DNA of 64,000 nucleotides from Psilocybe cubensis (Eukaryota), in the NCBI GenBank assembly GCA_017499595.2, contig CM039003.1, positions 248,001 through 312,000 on the forward strand, read 5' to 3'. Shown here piece by piece: positions 1 to 11,981 of this stretch. Position 1 is the first letter of the stretch. Every line of letters begins with the position of its first letter. The translations under genes were made by a program, and so were the position numbers. The notes beneath the pieces are model-generated. The model had not been told where the DNA came from, did no database searches, and saw nothing but the letters and a program-made list of their open reading frames with translations.

Positions 1-1464
1 CCCTCGAGCTAAAAATCGAGATTTACTCGCACCGATCTCTAGATACTTCTACGCAATGTAATTACTCCAACACAGTACAACACCCCAAAACAAACTAGCA
101 TATCTTTCCAACGTACGCGCAAGAGATAGGTGTGACGAGTCTGCGATTGAATTTTTGTATCTGCGCTGTGTCGGTGAGTTCTCCACAAAGAGCTGTTTTG
201 TACACCCAAATGCGCCGCTGAATGAGGTCAAGATGTCAATCCTAGACCTCTGAATCATCCTCAGTCGACTATTAGAAGCTCCCGAAACATGGCTATGAGC
301 GACATTGAAATCATTCGGGCACATACGGCACCTCCTTCTCCTCGCACCCCGATACGCCATCCACCTTCCACAATAACGCTGTTTCCAGCCCAACCTTGTT
401 AATTAACCGTTCACGTAAGCTTCTAGTACCTTTCGTAACGATATTCAGCGGCGAACTGACCTTTGAATTGCGTTTGCAGCGGCCACGTAGACTTTGTCCC
501 CGGGAAGCGCCTGGTAAGATCTTGCAATTCTACGCGTTTTCGAGAGGTTTTTGAGGCTAATACTGACTGGAACTGTGTTCTGAATAGGGGTTGGACGGTT
601 TGCGATGCGAAGAGCAACACAAAACGTTGGGAATGAACAAATACATCACGTTTGGTTCAATGTACACCAAACAGCGAATTTCGTTGTTTTCTTTGAACTA
701 CACATTTCAAACTGCTCACAGATAGACATCCCAGCACTGCATAGCATCTCTCAATGTCCCTGCAAGCTCCCGCGATCACAGGGTAAGCAATCCAATTCAA
801 CGGAGATTGTTCTCCTCGCACCTTCCCTCGACGCGAAATTGCATGTACGTCGTTTTTCCGGCTTCCATTGGCCCCCTGTGAGTCATCTCGTAACGGTTAT
901 GTACGTGAATAATAGGCTGAAACGGTTGGAATTTTTGTGGAAGACGGAAATGCGGAGTGAATGAAAATATTGCGAATACGAGTGTTGGCGCATCCGGACC
1001 ATGTCTGCGATGCGCGGTAGTTGTATAGCTACCTAGAGTGATATATCTATCTTATCTATCGTGTCTTATTCTGTTTTCATAATGTCTGGCTCGTCGAGTG
1101 CAATAAAATGAATACCTACAAACACATCACGCCAAATCTAACAAACACAGCGATTCGCAACTCTCTCCAAATTCCCGTCGATTTAAAGTAATATACACAC
1201 CTGGATATATTGTATACTCTAACCCTGCACTACAGAAATCAATCAGCAAAAGTACAAACCATTGAATACCAATCGAACAACCAAATCCACAACATGACAT
1301 GACACACCCTCGCCTCCCGCCCAAATTCACAATTACACACCCGTTCAAAACGCTAGAAACACCTGGCTAGTCTATTCGGCTCTCGGCTCGGGTCTGGTCC
1401 GATCAAGGGTCCTGTCAGGTATATTGAGAAGGCCTTCGTAGTTTACTGTACGTTGGTATGTGTG

Positions 1465-2422
1465 CTCCTTCAGTAGATATTGCGAATGGCGTTGTAATTG
1501 ATGTACGTACGTTTAATTGAGAGTAGGTGGAGATATTGGTATACCATTACATGCCTGCTTGACTTTGGAAAAGTGTGAGTTGAGACGGGGATGGTTGAAA
1601 AAGAAAATGTGAACACTCGAGGACTCCTGCAGAACGCGAATGCGTGAAAACAAGCAAAAAACACATTTCATTCACCATAACCATGTTACTACAAACATTA
1701 GAATAGTAAGTACCCCTAAGAATACACTACACCCAACTGTCCAAAGACCCTCGAACTCGATTTTCAAAAATGTATCACTCACCTCACCCGACCTTCCTCT
1801 CCTCCCGATCTTCCGCACTAACGGGCTGAAAAACACCTCTGGATTGTTACCACTCGCCCCTGAAGCATCCGAAGTCGCCGAAGCCGTAATAATAATACCA
1901 AATTTCACAGAAAAAAATTGGCAACTTACGTTTTGTAATTTTGTTGAACGTTGCATGTGGACGTAGTTCTCCTTCAGTAGATATTGCGAATGCCGTTGTA
2001 GTTGTTGTACGTACGTTGAAATGAGAGAGAGTGGAGATATTGGCATACTGGTACATCCAGTGGTTGACTTTTGAGAGATGTGAGTTGAGATGATGGGTAT
2101 TTGGAAATGTTACAGAGAGATATCTTCACCCGAACGTGAATGCTTGAAAAAACACATAAAAACACATTTCATTGGCAATCCTACTACTCACATTGTGCAG
2201 ATGGTACATCTATAGGTATCCTACGACCCACCCAGCAATACTCGAACTCGATTTCGAAATGTATGGCTCACCTCACATCACCCTCTCCCAACCTCCTTCT
2301 CCTCCCGATCTTCCGCACTAACGGGCTGAAAAAAAACGTCTGGATTCCTACCACTCGTCCCTGAAGCTCCGAGGTCACCGCAGCCGTAATCCCAATACCA
2401 AAATATATCGCCAACTTACGTT
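1465..2422. repeat. Diverged ~504-bp direct duplication inside the unit (also near 17848, 27665, 38076, 47893, 58958)
   Basis: ctccttcagtagatattgcgaatg at 1465 and 1969; ctcctcccgatcttccgcactaacgggctgaaaaa in both halves. Confidence 0.92.
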
Positions 2423-3148
2423 CATTCCTTTCGTTTTTGCTCGTTCGCCGGGCTTGATCCTCGTCGATTCACGCACAATTGTGCAATTGTACAACCCTAG
2501 AAGGATTGCGTGCGTTATCTGCTATGCATATGGAGCGACTCCTGAGCTTACCTGGCTGGTTACAGACTTTCAGACACCCAGACAACTCGTCGAAGGCCCA
2601 ACGAGCCTCTTGACCCCCGATACGACCCTCCGCTTCCATTTCAAAAACAACGCAATTTCCGCTGCATTCGACGTATCCAGGGTGTTGTAAGCTAGTGTAT
2701 ATTGCCAACGTAATGCACTAGAGAGGTTCTGAAATCTTTTTTTTCGAGGTTAGTTGCAGTTGGAAGCGAGAGATTGGAGATGGATACGTACCGTTGTGCA
2801 GCAAAGAATGCAATCCGAACCATTCTACGTATGTTCCAGTTTTGTTTTGGGCGACTCCTATTCACATTGAGGTGTGCTTCGATCGAAGGTCGAATGCTCG
2901 ATAACTAAAAACACGATGAAAAGAGAGGGCGAATGCAAACATCTTGTGCACATTCACGCCCGATTCATGTCTCGCCGATTAGACCCAACGGCGGAAATTC
3001 CGACTCCTAGCACAAACGACAGCCTCGAAAGAATATATTGAACGAATCACGTACCCAGATTCAAAAGCAAAAAGCGAGATTCGAAGGGAATCACAACCTA
3101 TTCCGGATGTCGTCACAGGGAGGAAAACACGAAAATAACACACCCGGG

Positions 3149-3205
3149 CTAGCGCGACGGGTTCCGTGTGGATGTACGTACACGGGCGTGTCGCGCTAGT
3201 ATAAA
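3149..3205 (+). promoter_or_regulatory. Palindrome abutting a TATA box (TATAAA also at 19578, 29395, 39806, 49623, 60686)
   Basis: ctagcgcgac...gtcgcgctag perfect 10-bp inverted repeat with inner ccgtgt/acacgg, directly followed by TATAAAGG, a CT-rich stretch and a first AAG|GTAAGC donor. Confidence 0.6.
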
Positions 3206-5076
3206 GGCAGGCGTGTGTTGGTGTGTTTTTCCTCATCCCCTCTTGGGGTTCTCGGCCTCGTCTCCTCCTCCTCTCCTCAAGGTAAGCGCGATTCTCCTTG
3301 AGCGCGTCGGTTGACTGTTGAACATTGAACTCGCAGGTTTTGGTGCTGGGCCGCGTCGGGACGAATCCTGCTTGCTGGTGAGTGTTGCCACTGGCTTGTG
3401 TGCACTGCTGATGCTCGTTGTTGCAGATAGTGTGCTCGTTGTGGCGGGTGTTGGTGTCTCCGTGAGTCGGGTTTTCTTTACCTCGACGCGTCGCAGACTC
3501 TGTTGATGTATAATGACACAGCGGACCTTGAAGTGGTCAACACGTCATGCGGCGGAGGTGCTGGACTGTGCTGTAGGTAGGCACGTCAACGTCGGTCACT
3601 GTGGGGAATGCACTGACCGTGTCTTCTAGCAACTCACCATTGCCGCCCTTGTAAGTGGTAAGTATACCCTCCTGTCTCTTGGATGGCGTGGCTGATGTCG
3701 TGTTATTGCAGAGTGGAGCAACGGTGATGAGCTCGATAGAGCAAGGTAGGTGTCTTGACCCACTAGAAGAACATTGCTGATGATCGACGTGGCAGATGGT
3801 GTGGATGCGAGTCGGGGCCGGCTTATAGGTGAGTGTTCCCACAGACTTGTGGTCATTGCTGATGCTTTGACAGAGTGCTCGTTGTGGCGGGTGACGGTGT
3901 CTAGGTGAGTCGGGTTTTCTTCCCTCGTCGCGTCGTAGATTCTGTTGACGTATGATGAGAAAGCGGACCTTGAAGGTGATCGACACGTCATTCGGCGGAG
4001 GTGCTGGATATTAGGTGAGTGGATGATTTCTCCCTCTACGTGAGTGTGCTCACCGTGTCCTGTGCGCCTACAACCAGTCATTGTACCCCTCATGGTGGTT
4101 GTAGTTGCTGCTGGAAAGAGAGACCGACTTTCCAAGGCATCGGTGGCACGGTCCTATGTTGCAGCAAGAGGCAGCGGCGGCGGCGGAATGGGCGGCCTCA
4201 TTTCCTCTTCATCTCCTGAATGTAAGTGGGATTCTCCTTTACCGCGTTGGTTGATTGTTGAACTTTGAACTCCTAGGTTTTGGTTACTCGTCGTCTGTGT
4301 CGCATCAGGTTAAGGGGAGGTAAGTCAGTGTTGGTGACTGTGAGGAACATGCTGACCGTGTATTTGAGCAGCTCCGTGAACTTGGCATTGGGAACTTTTA
4401 ACTGGTAAGCGTGCGCTTGATATTGAAGGTCAATGCTGATGTCGTGTTTTCTCTGATATTGTAGGGGTAAGCTGGCCGACGAGGAGTCCCCGGTGACCTG
4501 CTGTCGCTGTTATCGCAGCTAGCGACCTCGTTGCTATACAGGTGAGTCGGGATTTCTTTGTGTAACAATGTACTCACCTTGACGCGTTGTAGATGAGAAA
4601 GCGGAACACGACAGTCGACAATATCAGGCAAGTCGGCCTTTTCTCTCCACGGGAGTCTGCTCACTGTACTCCCCAGGACATTGTTCCGTCATTTTTGGCG
4701 TGTGCTCGACGTGTATTTGGCCTGCCGAAGGAGCTCCCGATTGACGAGCTTGTTGAAGTGGGACCTGGTAAGTGACAGACATGTCTGCTGGAAAGAAAGA
4801 GACACAGACTCACCAAGGTGTCGGTGGCGCGGCGGCGGCGGTATGGACCTGGGAGGGACGTGTGGAATGAGGTGAAGAACGCGGCTCTGAACTGTCGACG
4901 GTGTGGATGCGTCCCGCCGGCGGTGGTGAAGGATGTTGGAGGGACGCGTCAGGCCAACTGCTTGCTGTCGCGGAAAGGCATGGCTGGCGTGATGGACATT
5001 GCTGCACCAGTTGGGATGGTTGTAAAAGTCGGGCATGATTGTGGAGCAGACCGGCGCGGGCAGCCGCGCTGGGGTT
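3200..5076 (+). ncRNA. Variant of the intron-dense tract upstream of Rho1 copy 1
   Basis: Same TATA and module motifs, different module composition (shared with 49623-51549). Confidence 0.5.
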
Positions 5077-5314
5077 CATCTCTCTCCAATCGAGGTATTT
5101 ACGCGGAGAGGCGGTGTGATGCGCCAAGGCGGTGCGCCTGTTTACACGCACAGGGCAGGGGCCATTGCATAATCTCTGGCATTCAAGTTCCGCTTTAAAA
5201 CATCATACGGGGACGGTTTGCTCACAACGGACCCCATCCTTTGCTCGTCGCCAGCCCCGCTCCCCAGCACCTAACACTGTCGCCGCTCGGCCCGCACAAC
5301 CGCCCCCGAGAACC

Positions 5315-6577
5315 ATGTCGGAAATCAAAGGAAGGTTGTCATCGTTGGTGATAGTGCTTGCAGGAAGGTATGGTTGGCTTTTGACTAGCTCAGAGAACGT
5401 CAGTTTGCATGCTGATCATCGTCGCCCGTCTAGACTTGTCTGTTGATCGTGTTCTCCAAAGGCACATTCCCAGAGGTACGTACATTGTCATCCGCCGGCC
5501 AGCCAGCCGAGGTGTGGGGCTTGCTGCTCCTCATTGCACCGTCTTGTGGGGTGTTTAGGCAGCTCCAGCGAATCCCTGGCGGCTTCGTCCGAGGTGTGGA
5601 AGGCTGATATTGGCGTTCAACTCTAGGTCTATGTGCCCACCGTGTTCGAGAACTACGTTGCCGATGTCGAGGTCGATGGCAAGCACGTGGAGCTTGCTCT
5701 ATGGGATACGGCCGGCCAGGAAGACTACGATCGTCTACGCCCTCTCAGTTATCCTGATTCGCATGTCATCCTCATCTGCTTCGCCGTCGACTCCCCCCGA
5801 TTCGCTTGATAACGTCCAGGAGAAGGTGTGTCTTGCCTTTCTGTCATTCCCCCTGCCTACATTTTTTTTGGGGATAACATCGGATACGGCAATTTGCTAA
5901 TGTCGTTGTTTTGTGGTTCCCTGCTTTTTAGTGGATTTCCGAAGTTATGCATTTCTGTGCCGGCCTGCCTATCATTCTTGTCGGCTGCAAAAAGGATCTC
6001 AGACGTGACCCCCCGTGTGATTGAGGAGCTTAGGAAGACGAGCCAGCGACCCGTAACCCCCGAAGAGGTGCGTTTTTTCTTGTTTTTTTCTTTTTCCTAC
6101 ATCACATTTCTTGTTTTCGTACGACTTTGGTGTGATGAGGGGGCGAGGTATGTACACGCCCCCGACCCTTATCTGAGCGCCATTTTTTGTGACATTTTTT
6201 GCGCTTCGTTCGAATCTGAATAACGTCATTCTTTTTTTGATGTCCTGTTTTATCACCCTTGCCTCGTTCCCCGCTTCTCTTATCCACATTGTGATCCCCG
6301 TCGCCGCCAACATTCTGTGTCTCAATGTCACCGTTTTTTCATTATTTTTTTTCCGTGCATCATTCTTTACACTCTTCCTCTTTTGTTGATTCCAACTTGT
6401 CACTAACCGTCATGTTTCTAGGGTATGGCAGTCGCCCAGAAGATCGGGGCAAAGCACTACCTCGAGTGCTCCGCCAAGTCGGGTGAAGGCGTCCGCGAAG
6501 TCTTCCAGTACGCCACCCGCGCCGCACTGCTCAGCAGAGGAAAGGGCAAGAAGAGCCACCATTGCATCGTGTTGTAG
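5315..6577 (+). pseudogene. rho1: Rho1 copy 1, frameshifted in exon 1
   Basis: atcaaaggaaggttgtc vs intact atcagaaggaagcttgtc (1-nt deletion). P-loop reads GDSACRK instead of GDGACGK. Exon 2 and exon 5 encode the intact peptide. The extra C in poly-C runs of exons 3 and 4 may be homopolymer errors. Confidence 0.9.
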
Positions 6578-7606
6578 ATGGCGTAGCTTATCCCTTTTAC
6601 CATTTTTTTTTCTTTCCGTCTTCATTCTTTCTTCCTTTCTTCCTTTTTTTGCTTTTTTCTTCCTTGACGACTCTCTTTCACTCTTCTTTCCGAGATCCTT
6701 GGATGCTTGAATTGGGGTGGGTGAAGATGCAGGGAGGAAAACGGGAGGTGGAGCGAGGGAGGGGTGGGGTGAGGTCAGGTAGGGAGGAACTTCAACAAGG
6801 ATAGGGAGGGGCTTGAATATCATTTATACTCGCACCTCGCCACCTTCTCTTTCACCTTGTTCCGGTTGGTTGTGGATAATGAACATGTGTTAATGCCGGT
6901 GGAATGCTCTTCGGTTTCTTTTTTTTTTCTCTTACCTAGTCTTTTTCACTTGATACCGCTTCTTTCTTGATTTTGATTGATGATCCACTTTTGACTCTTC
7001 TTCTCAAATATACTGCTGCTGCTGCACCTCCTGACTGCGACGAGTTGGCTATCTGTTTGTCTCTCCTTGAGCTTCTGTTGCTTTGGCTAAGCCCCTATGG
7101 ATTCCGAGCGTGTATTGCAATTTGAACAAAGTTGAAGTCTAATTGTTTTATATACGTTGTGCTGCCAGATATACATCGCTCGCTGTTGTGATGTATTTTA
7201 CGAGAAGATACTAGCTTTATATGGCATTAGATACCTTATTGAGACAACCCTGAGCAAATGAGATAGAAGTTTTTTGAATTTTCGAGTCGTGTTCTGGTAT
7301 CGTACAAGCAGAGGTTAGCCCCGCCCGAAGGCCAGCAGGGTCCGCCTCTGCTCTATCTACCTATCTAGTACGTACCTGGTCCGAATAAAGTCGGATAGAA
7401 CCGCTCGAGGTGCATCCAGAGTTTTCACAAGTCCGAAAATCGAACAATCGGTTGCGTGAAGTCTACCGAGTAAGTACATACCCGCTCTTGACACCGCCTC
7501 AGAACTCATTCGGCGTCGCCTACAAGCTGTCACACGACCCTTGAGCAGGTGAGTACTATATAAATGTTAAGTGCCAGTTCATAAAGTCTACCAATCAAAG
7601 TACACA

Positions 7607-8500
7607 CCTTGTTTGCCGGACGTCCAGAAATCGAAAAAAAGTCCGGGAAAGTCCAGATACATGCTCGACGTCATCTACTAGATGCAGATGGTGAGTACTA
7701 TATAGATATTAAGTGCGGGTACATACCTTGTTCGCCGGACATCCAGAAATCAAATAAAAACTGTGCAGAAGTCAAATACATGCCCGACGATGTAACCACC
7801 TCAACACCGCTCGCCGGATGCAATAACAACTGCAAGAGGGTTATGTGAACTTCAACAATCAAAGTGAAAAACTCAGTCAACACACCAGGCAGCCAACCCT
7901 CGCTCGCCGGAACTCCAAAAATCGAAAAAAATGTGCAACGACATTCCACGGCACTGGTAAGCTGTTGTTCATTAATTTGACGCCGCTCGCCGGATGTCCA
8001 AAAATCGAAAATAGTGCGAGGCGTTAACGGGACTTCAAACGTCTGTTGAGAAAAGCTCAGTCAGTACTCGGGTCTGCAAACTATGTAACACACCTTGTTG
8101 TGCAACAACCCTCGCTCGCCGGAACTCCAAAAAACGAATAAAAAGTGCAAAGGCGGGTACTGTGTAGATGGTAAGCTGTGGCTCAACAAACTCTAGCAAA
8201 TAAAGCACGTACCTCACTCGCCGGACATCCAAAAATCAAAAAATAACTCCGTGGCATGTCCAAACGTCGACTCCGTCTATGGAAGACAACTCAAGCCAAC
8301 GACTAGATGTGACACGTACTGGTTTCATGGCACGGCGGCAGATGAGAGCTGTGTAAAGAGATCAGTGATGGCCCATTAAGTGTACTAGGTAACATACCTT
8401 GCTCGCCGGACGTCGAAAAATCGAATAAAACTTGCGGCTCCATAGGTAGACACTGTCGATAGAATACAGGTTCGCGGGAACTCCAAAAATCGAATAAAAA
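7607..8500 (+). repeat. Array of about 9 copies of a ~28-nt motif CTCGCCGGA(ac/ca/cg/tg)TCCAAAAATCGAA with irregular spacers (also ~14298-15180, 24115-24997, 33932-34814, 44343-45225, 55400-56293)
   Basis: Motif instances near 7607, 7726, 7808, 7898, 7984, 8110, 8213, 8397, 8471. Confidence 0.88.
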
Positions 8501-9331
8501 ATGCAGGAGCATAAGGACGGGATACGTGTTGGGGGTTCCCCAAAACCCACTTCACTTTATATCCTTTTCCCTAATGCTTCTAGTTTATTCAACGTCACGC
8601 AATATTTGCCCGTTGCCCCCGTTTCCAAACTAGAATGTGATGTCCAATATACCTGCAAGCTAAAATTGGCTCATGTAAATTTTCAGTTGCGGTCTCCTAT
8701 CCCGGTCTTTTGATTCAACTCCGCTGCTTGTTTTCCCCAATCGCCTGTTCTTTCTCATTATCATAAATCATGCTCTCCCCGTCCTTTGTACATCAAATGC
8801 GAAATTTCAGTCTCGGTCTCCTGTTCCGGCCTTTTCAATCAAGTCCACTGCGTTCTTATTGTCATGAAGCTATGCTTCCCGTCCTTGGTGCATCAAACTC
8901 AGGTATGTATCATTTCCTATGCTTTACAATTCTTGTACCCACCACAATCCAAAAATTTTGACCCCTAGACTCAGTAGCTCGTCACTGCGCAGACTCGCGC
9001 ATCGCGACCCAAGCAGCTAGTGCAAGGCAATCACCATTTAGCTGACGCGATGACCTCATGTCGTTCCAAACTACTGGACCTCAGTCAGATCGGGTATCCG
9101 ACTCGCAAAATCTCTCCAGATCGTTGGTTTTCGAAGCTCAAATATTCGATTTTTAGGCTGCATTAACGTATTCAGGGTCGCATTCAGGAACACCTGAGCT
9201 GAGTAATGAGATTTCAGTAACCGACGACTCACTCAACGCCCACGAAATCCCAAGACAGCAATACGCTTCACATTCGCTTCCACGGGGTAGATTTTGTCAC
9301 AGTCCCCTATTTTCTTTGACGACCTATTAAT

Positions 9332-9431
9332 NNNNNNNNNNNNNNNNNNNNNNNNNNNNNNNNNNNNNNNNNNNNNNNNNNNNNNNNNNNNNNNNNNNNN
9401 NNNNNNNNNNNNNNNNNNNNNNNNNNNNNNN
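9332..9431. other. Assembly gap (100 N, true size unknown)
   Basis: Run of N. Confidence 1.
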
Positions 9432-10266
9432 AACTGATGGCGAAAGTGATGTGCCATCAGCACAAATGGTTTCAATAATAGTCACCATTTCACGGTTCCC
9501 ATTTTCAACTTGTTGTACATTTTTCTGTGTTTTGTCAACAATTGCAGAAACAGCTTTTCCAACGCCAAGTTGTATTCCTTTTTCATCTGAGTTATAGATG
9601 TTGCTTGGTATGATATCATATTCCTAAATCAAGGAGATCTTTGAATTATGTCATATCTAGGGATGATATTTTTACATGCCTCGATTAGATCTTTGATCAT
9701 CACAAAAAACTCTCCAACAACTGTCGGATTCAAAGAGCGGGCCCGACATTCCTCAAGTGCAGAGGTTTTTTTGATTTTAAGATCAGTATGTCGTTCCAAA
9801 AACTTCCGGGGCCAGTTGATACCAATTTTCTGTTGTGATATTTCCTAAAAAATAGTACAGTATAAGTAACAGATTACCAATCACAGCACATACAATATAA
9901 CAAAATAGCACTTACTGAAGCATATTCCCGAAGCATGTCCTGAGTTACAGGAAACCCCCGTCGTCCTAATGTCTTTGCCCAATCAACTAGAATACTTTCT
10001 TCGGCATCTGAAAGTGCACGTTCGCCTGCATGTGCATCACGTTTGGTTTTGACTCCATTTAGCCGATTAGTCAACATTCCACGCTTGACACTGTAAATGC
10101 GACAGGCCTCCCGGATTGACAGTGTGTGCTGACCATTAGACTTTAAAGGTGAGGACATAATGGCCTGAATAGCTTCTTGAATCCGATTTTCTACAGTATT
10201 ATTGATAAGATCTGGGATGTCATCATTGGTAGAATCATGTGGAGAAACAGGAGAGGTTGTAGACAT
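9432..10266 (-). CDS. pogo/Fot1-type (Tc1-mariner superfamily) transposase, N-terminal part, cut by the gap
   Basis: Exon 10266-9916 has psq-like HTH (LSIREACRIYSV..GMLTNRLNG) and CENP-B-like HTH (LSDAEESILVDW...GFP). Exon 9844-9680 has IGINWPRKFLERH. Exon 9623-9432 has IYNSDEKG and NREMVTIIETICADG, typical of pogo DDE transposases. Spliced frame is open. Confidence 0.9.
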
Positions 10267-11135
10267 TCTGTGAGTAGTTGAGGAAGAAAAGCGAGTACAG
10301 CTGATTTCTAGTAGCTACTGACAGTGTATCCTACTTAGTTATTATATACTAGGGGTGGAATTAAAGGAGGACATACTTCGGACTTTTTATGGCATTTTGT
10401 ATGATTCTTCCACTTTTCCGAGTGCTATAACTTGGTGAGATGGTGGTTCTATCATTCAAAAATTGGTATTCAATGTCATAGGACATTGCAAAACACAAAC
10501 GCGCCTTCAATTTCTGCCGATCTTTAGCCGTTCTGAAGAACTTCTTTCAATGTTGAAGGTGTTCAAAATTAGCTACTTTTTACTGATTGTCATATTTCAA
10601 GCCTAAAAAAATCGCAAAAAATAAGAGAAGCGAGATTGTGGTACCTTGAAGTGTTATCACTGTAGATCAAGTCATTGTTTGCCGCAATTTTTCCTCATCT
10701 TCTCCGAATACTGCATACAATATGCATATGTTTAAATAGGCAAATCAGTCAAGTCATGCACTTAATTTCCAATTCTCGGAATATTCTCTGGAGATATCTA
10801 CTTGGAATCGAATGTATATTGTAGCCAGGGCTATATATGACCGACGTATACTGTTTTTGTGTCTGCTCAGCGCAGTTGTTGTGTTTGACCAAGTCGATAA
10901 TTATGGATTAGACGTGAGAATGATTAGCAAATCAATGGTGATGGTGAAATCTCACGGTGTATTGGCAAGATTGTGGCAGCAATACTTACTGCCTTGCTCT
11001 AAAAGTTTCTGATGTGGTGTAGAAGTACCACAAGAGCAGTAATACACAAAAAGATTGAAAGAAATTGCTATACAACTCGTCAAAATTGCTCAGTGGCCAT
11101 TTTCCGGGGTTGGCCGGTTTCAGGGTCGGGTACAG
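9432..11135 (-). mobile_element. pogo/Fot1-like DNA transposon, 5' half
   Basis: AT-rich tract containing the transposase. Candidate terminus on the minus strand TA|CTGTACCCGACCCTGAAACCGGCCAACCCCGGAAAATGGCCA has an internal imperfect direct repeat and flanking TA (11136-11137). Partner TIR is not visible. Confidence 0.65.
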
Positions 11136-11137
11136 TA

Positions 11138-11275
11138 GCACTGATGGCACTGAGTCAGCATTGACAGCCGAATGGGTAACGTCATGACCGCTATGAACAG
11201 TCACTAACCGTCTCTGACTTTGATGCTAACCGTAACTTTTATGACCGTCATCCATGGGCTGACCGCCCACCACTG
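11138..11275 (-). mobile_element. Possible hAT-like transposon terminus
   Basis: Minus strand starts CAGTGGTGGGCGGTCAG at 11275, followed by five short T(G/A)ACCG subterminal motifs. No partner end seen. Confidence 0.35.
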
Positions 11276-11981
11276 GGGTAGAGACGGTGCATCTGCTTGG
11301 ATTAAGCTAGAAAAGCGATGCTGGCTAAATATAACGCACTCCCCGTTCCCACATCTTCGCGGAGGGTAACGCAGACCGCGAATATAATAAATTAGAGTAG
11401 GTGCTGAGAGAGCAACGGGGTTATTTTTAAAAACGTCACCAGATAGGGTGCGTCATTATATTCTTTCGACGGTCTATCCGGGGTGGAAGCGCGCACATAG
11501 ATACCGAGGATGAGAAGCGCGCCTCACTGCCATGAAATTAGGAGAATACAGCCTCTACACTTGTAGCTGTTGTACAGCATGGCCATGGTAATAATTTTCG
11601 ACCACGTTCGTTCAACCTAGCAGTAAGATAATTGAAACTGTATAACAAACAACATTGTAAGATAAGGTGAGTAAAATCATGTCCAACGATGACTCGCATC
11701 TCTCTCCAATCGAGGTATTTATTACGACAGCGGCAAGGCACCGGAGAGGCGGTGTGATGCGCCAAGGCGGTGCGCCTGTTCACACGCACAGGGCAGGGGG
11801 CAGGGGAGTTACGTAATCCTGGCCCTCTTGTACGAATTCAAGTTCCGCTTAAAAACGTGGTACCATACGTTCGTCGACGCTTTGCTCACAACCATCCCCC
11901 GCTGCTCGTCGCCAGCCCCGCTTCCAGCACAACTACAAACCCACAAGTCGCCGCTGCCACCGCACAACCTCCCCGAGAACC

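Larger units (their letters stand above)
1..9331 (+). repeat. Further partial copy of the same tandem unit, before the assembly gap
   Basis: Position 1 (ccctcgagctaaaaatcgag) recurs at 16384, 26201, 36018, 46429 and 57499; contains a Rho1 copy at 5315. Confidence 0.97.

Noticed and set aside
3537-5198. 100-190 aa S/T/R/H-rich ORFs over the modular tract
   Set aside because: Frames and ends differ between unit variants, no recognisable domain; explained by GC-rich repeats.
5790-6015. Extra +1 frameshifts in copy 1 exons 3 and 4 as true mutations
   Set aside because: Both are in C homopolymers and this contig shows other +1 homopolymer differences; likely sequencing error, so not used as evidence.
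6700-6812. G-rich tract as a G-quadruplex or polypurine tract feature
   Set aside because: Lies in the Rho1 3' region beside a pyrimidine-rich tract; no independent support for function.
6410-6823. Minus-strand ORF with [22 protein letters not shown] and its repeats
   Set aside because: Antisense shadow of Rho1 exon 5 plus low-complexity 3' UTR.
7607-8500. CRISPR-like repeat-spacer pattern
   Set aside because: Eukaryotic intron-containing context, degenerate repeats, irregular and mutually related spacers, no cas genes.
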